Origin: Mobula birostris
Taxonomy: Eukaryota
Direction of reading: 5' to 3'
Length of the DNA stretch: 64,000 nucleotides
Assembly (NCBI RefSeq): GCF_030028105.1
Contig: NC_092383.1
Location: 34,742,961-34,806,960 of the forward strand
The position numbers and the translations under genes were made by a program. The notes under the pieces are model-generated. The model was not told the origin of the DNA, did not search any database, and worked only from the letters and a program-made list of their open reading frames with translations. This document shows, one piece after another, positions 59,530-64,000 of this stretch (its first letter is position 1; each line of letters begins with the position of its first letter).

Positions 59530-60772
59530 TGTAGATTTTCACAAATAAAAACAGCGGAGGTGTTTTATGTTAAAGAAAAACCACAGCAACTCATTTATTG
59601 TACTCCAAACATAGAATAGAAAGCACGGTAAAAGTACTTTATGCCATTACATCGTCACGTCAGACCAGCCTCTTAAAGTGAAACCCCAATTCAATGTGTC
59701 ACGGTCCAGTCCGTTGACTCTTCATTTCCTTTTAATTCCCTTTTCCCCATGTTCTATCAGGCTCCTTGATTAAGGCACCTAATTCTCATCTGAACCGGCA
59801 GCATAAAAACTCCGACTTACATCTACTCAGGGCGGGACCGTCACCTGAGCCAGTGTGGCAATGCACATTCCGGGCCGCCAAGAATGGTGGATTCTAAGTT
59901 GCTTCGGTGCCTGGGGTTGCTTTGGGAATTCTGCCTCTTCGTGTCCAGCTAAGTGATTGCTGGCTGTTTGCCGTTTCATATGCTACTCTGTGTCAAGATA
60001 CGAATTGTCTGTCATTGTTTGGTTTTGTCGTTTCGTGTCCAGATGCGTTTTGCCGGCCGTTTGCCGCTTCCTGTGCTACTCCGAGTCAAGATACGAATTG
60101 CCTGCTGTTTGTCTGCACTATTCTGTGTCGAGATAAGAATTGCTGGCCGTTTGCCTCTTCAGGTGCTACTTTGTGTCAAGGTAAGAATTGGCTGCTGTTT
60201 GTCTGCGCTATTCTGTGTCAAAGTAAAGATTGCCAGCCATTTACCTTTCCAGTTAATGCTCCGTGGCAAGAGGAGTGTTGCCTGCTGCCTGTCCCCACTT
60301 AGAAGTCCAGCTCCACCAATGCCCTGGGTCAAGAAGAGTTTGGCTTGCCTACTGCTTCTCTGTCCTCCCGCACTTCTTGCCTATGTTTATGCTGTCTCTC
60401 GACCGCTGAGTGTTCTATATTCTAAGTTCCATTCCCGTGCAGGTTCCCTGTGTTAATTCTGCCCCCCCCCCCACCCCGTGTTAATAGGAGCGGAGCCTTC
60501 TGCCCTCTGTTCTTTCCAGGCCACGCTCATGCCCTGGTCCACATTCCTGCTCTGCCTAAGTCCCGCCGCTAAATGCCAGAGTCGTGCTGTAGTGACCCGG
60601 GTTCAATCTCCGGTCCAGCCTCCACCTAATCCTCGGTCCCCGGCCTTCCTTACAACTATTAATAAACACACTTCTGTTAATACTACCTGTGTGTCAGTGT
60701 CCTGCACTTGGGTTCCCTTTCAACGCTCTTGTAACACAATGTTGATGTTTGTGAATTGTATACATTTCAACA
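59530..60772 (-). mobile_element. Small (~200 bp) solo-LTR-like element split by the 1040-bp LTR
   Basis: TGTAGA...TCAACA termini, with AATAAA on the minus strand at about 59594. There is no clean TSD. Confidence 0.5.
59697..60736 (+). mobile_element. Solo LTR (1040 bp, minisatellite-core family), copy 3
   Basis: TGTCAC...GTAACA termini, perfect 5-bp TSD CAATG, TATA-like CATAAAA (about 59802), AATAAA at 60661 and an internal ~40-bp tandem array at about 59960-60240. Confidence 0.92.
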
Positions 60773-61199
60773 GTCTCTTTCTTTAATGGGTTCTGTTGGG
60801 TTCCTTTGCTTTGTGGCTGTCTGTAAGGAGATGAATCTCGAGGTTGTATATAGTATACATACTTTGATAATAAATATTCTTTGATTTTTGATGATATGTA
60901 GATCACTTGTGCCTTTGACAGTAAAGAGGATAATCATAAGATACAGATGATAATCATCACCTTTTCAGATGGGCAAGTCATGGTTTTGCACTTTGGAAGA
61001 CCTACTAGTGGAAAACATATTCAATAAACAGAACAGTCTATTGTACATTAATGTGAATTGTGTATGTTTTCCTTTATTAGTTCTTCCAAAATATTGAGGA
61101 TCAGTTCAGACCTTGAGAACATTAGTGATTAATTCTTTGACCTGTGCTGTGGGTGCTCTGATAAGGATGTCAAGTGCTTTATCCATAGGTAGTACAAAT

Positions 61200-61415
61200 C
61201 CTTCACAATAATCTTCAACAATTTAGGATCATCTTCTTTGCCCTGGCATCAAATTTCTGAATGGCCCATGAACCCATGAACAATACCTTGCTATTCATTT
61301 GTTTTTGCACTATTTAATTTGTTAGTTATAATAATTTGAAGTCTTTGTTGCAAAAGAACATATATCATGCTATGTAAGTCAGTGATAATAAACCTGAATC
61401 TGATTATGATTCTGA
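61200..61415 (+). mobile_element. Rex1/Babar 3' end fragment
   Basis: TTCTTTGCCCTGGCATCAAATTTCTGAATGG...CAGTGATAATAAACCTGAATCTGATTATGATTCTGA tail. Confidence 0.7.
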
Positions 61416-61494
61416 ACCCATGTAGATGTGAACTTCTGCACCTCTGCCATCTTCTACTTAGTTTAGTTTGTGGTAACTGATGTTTGGAAACAGT

Positions 61495-61830
61495 ATTTAT
61501 TTATTTATTGATTTATTTATTTAGAAATTCATAACAGATAATAATATTAATTAGAATTAATAATATAATAGAATTAATAATATATTAGACATACACTGCT
61601 GTAACAGGCCCTTGTCGCCCAACAAGCCCGCGCCATCCAATTACACCCATGTGATCAATTAAACTACTCACCCGTACATCTTTTGAATGTGGGAGGAAAC
61701 CAGAGCACCCAGAGGAAACCCACGTGATCACAGGGAGAACATAGAAACTCTGTACGTACAGTGAAAGGAATTGAACCCGGGTCGGTGGCACTGTACAGCG
61801 TACACTATACTAACAGCTACAGTACCAAGC
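61495..61830 (-). mobile_element. V-SINE
   Basis: Antisense V domain TTTGAATGTGGGAGGAAACCAGAGCACCCAGAGGAAACCCACGTGATCACAGGGAGAAC, B box (ATTGAACCC on +) and a (TTTA)n tail. Confidence 0.85.
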
Positions 61831-62490
61831 CACCCCAAATTCTGCTGGAAGCTGAGCTGAGGAAGTGCAGGATCAGCCAATGGAGGGAGAGCAGCTGGTC
61901 TAACATGGCTACACTTCCTTTGGATTATCAACTGAGTCTGCACAATCATAGTCACACCCTGCATTCTCTCCATTGCTGCCCAACTCACTCAAACTACATG
62001 CAGTGAAGCTGGAGCCCGGGAGGATTTGGTCTGATGTTCTGCACTGACAGGCTACTGAGGCACAGACTGGTAAAGAAGTTAATCATCTCAGAAGCTTGCA
62101 CATATCACAATAAACTCTAAGAATATGCAACATAGAAATGGATTATTTGGTCCAACAATTCCAAAGAATCTGCTCCATACCAGCATCCTTCATAAATTCC
62201 GTACTCCTGTTCCCATAATTTGAAAAATCTTGACATGCCAGGTTCCTCCAGAGGGTCAGTTTTTTGCTTCAGTGCTATAGTGATCCACACCTCACAATGC
62301 CTCTGTCAATGCAGTAGAATGAAATAAGGATAGAAATAGTTTGAAATTCTACCGTGTTTTTTAAGATCAAGCCCACTCACTATGATTTAAGTTCAATGGT
62401 CCCTTTTTTTGAAGTGTAGTCACTGTTGCAAAGTCCTCTTGTGCCCTGCAACTGATGGTCTCCAAAAGATAATGCTATTGAAGGAAGATA

Positions 62491-64000
62491 TTCTTTCCTT
62501 CTTTTCAAATCTTTTTATTATTATTATCCAAAATTAACACGAGTACATCGAAGTAAGCAACACTTACAATGGCTCAAGAAAAAAAACATTATTTTAAAGA
62601 TTGAAAAAATTTTGGTGATTAAAAAAACCCTACTAAGCAAGAAAAATTGGGGGAAAAAGCCCCATTCGGTGTTCAACCCTGGAGCCATGCGTCATACAAA
62701 AAGCTTCTAAAGATAAACATCAAACCGCTAGCAAGAAAAAAAAAGTACCAAAAATGTACAATTAGATCGTGGAGGAAATCTATCAATTAACTCAAATAAT
62801 AATAACGAGCAACTGAACCCCATCTTTTCTCAAAATCAAACATAGGTTCAAAGGTTCGACTTCTAATTTTCTCCAAACTAAGACATGGCATCACTTGAGA
62901 GAACCATTGTGACAAAGTGGGAGCTGATGTATCCTTCCACTTCAACAAAATGGCCCTCCTAGCTATCAATGTAACGAATGCAATAACATGTTGTTCAGAC
63001 ACAGAGATACCATGAATATTTTAAGGAATTATTCCAAAAAGCACAGTTAATTTGTTAGGTTGTAAATTAGTTTTAAGTGCTTTAGGAATTGTCAAAAAAA
63101 TTGACTTCCAGAACTGTTCCAGTATAGAACAAGACCAAAACATGTGTGTCAGTGTAGCTGTCTCAGTCTTACATCTATCACAATAACTATGAACATTAGG
63201 GAATATTTTAGACAATCTCTCCTTCGACAAATGATAACGATGTACAATTTTAAATTGAATCAGTGAATGACTAGCACAGATCGAAGAAGAGTTAACCAGC
63301 TTCAGAAACCGTGTCCAATCCTCTGTCATAAAAGTCAAATTGAGTTCCCTTTCCCAATCTTGTTTAATCTTAAATAAAGGACACTTATCCCATTGTAATA
63401 GTAAATTATAAATTCTTCCAAAGGAACCCTTCATCGAAGGGTTCATACTCATAATAGTATCTAACAGGTCAGCATCCAATATGTAAGGAAATTACTTAAA
63501 TATTTTTGTAAGAAATGTCTAACTTGAAGGTATTGTAAAAAATGTGAGTACGAAAGAGAATATTTATCAACTAATTGTTCAAAAGACATCAGTCTATCTT
63601 CCTTAAATAAATCCAAAAAAGAATTAATACCTTTATTTTTCCAAAGTAAAAAAATTGGATCACTCAAAGAAGGCTTAAAAAAGTAATTTTGATAAATTAA
63701 ACTTCAAGGTTTGTAAAGAATGCTTAACCACAGGGTATAAGTTTTAATTAGCAACTTTAGCTAATTGTATAGGTAAAGCAACTCCCAATAACGAGGTTAA
63801 ATAAAATTGTTTCACAGCTTTCAACTCCGGGTCTACCCAAATTGGCCAATCGTCCTTATCAACCCAATATAACCAAAAGGACATGTATCGCACATTAACA
63901 GCCCAGTAATACATTCTTAAATTAGGCAAAGCGAGACCTCCATCCTTTTTCAACTTTTGTAAATGACATTTACTAATTCTTGGTCTTTTATTATTCCAAA
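62491..64000 (-). mobile_element. L1-clade LINE ORF2 C-terminus and 3'UTR (continues beyond the window)
   Basis: KKDGGLALPNLRMYYWA, FLQYLQVRHF, and LIQFKIVHRY...CDRC......LTHMFWSC (CCHC zinc knuckle). The minus strand has AATAAA and an A-rich tail at about 62491-62520. Confidence 0.92.

Noticed and set aside
59907-60456. Cys-rich ORFs resembling keratin-associated or metallothionein-like proteins
   Set aside because: They are translations of the tandem array inside a TSD-bounded solo LTR.

Overview
This is eukaryotic (vertebrate) non-coding DNA, not a prokaryotic locus. It is very probably intronic or intergenic sequence from a cartilaginous fish such as a ray; I infer this from the repeat landscape of CR1 LINEs, V-domain tRNA SINEs, Rex1/Babar and abundant Penelope end fragments. 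Most of the window is a layered mosaic of decayed transposable elements. These include many CR1 and Rex1/Babar LINE pieces, a young RTE LINE, an L1 3' end, two Penelope-like elements with minimal hammerhead ribozyme motifs, two Ty3/Gypsy proviral remnants (one with PNMA-like Gag and a tRNA-Pro PBS, one CsRn1-like), several solo LTRs, a Tc1 element, a hAT/Buster derivative and at least three SINE families. Many insertions are nested, and their target-site duplications (TSDs) can be read directly. Nearly all ORFs in the supplied track are TE fragments, their antisense shadows or repeat-derived artefacts. No complete host gene is recognisable; only a few weak candidate exons are present. Four observations stand out: (i) a four-copy, ~670-bp non-tRNA, non-coding retroposon with a YY1-like head and an (AATCT)n tail; (ii) a solo-LTR family with conserved ends but a different minisatellite core in each copy; (iii) Penelope-borne hammerhead ribozyme motifs; (iv) the PNMA-like-Gag Gypsy element. 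Without database searches I cannot show that any of these is truly undescribed. Boundaries of old, decayed elements are approximate; those supported by TSDs are close to exact.
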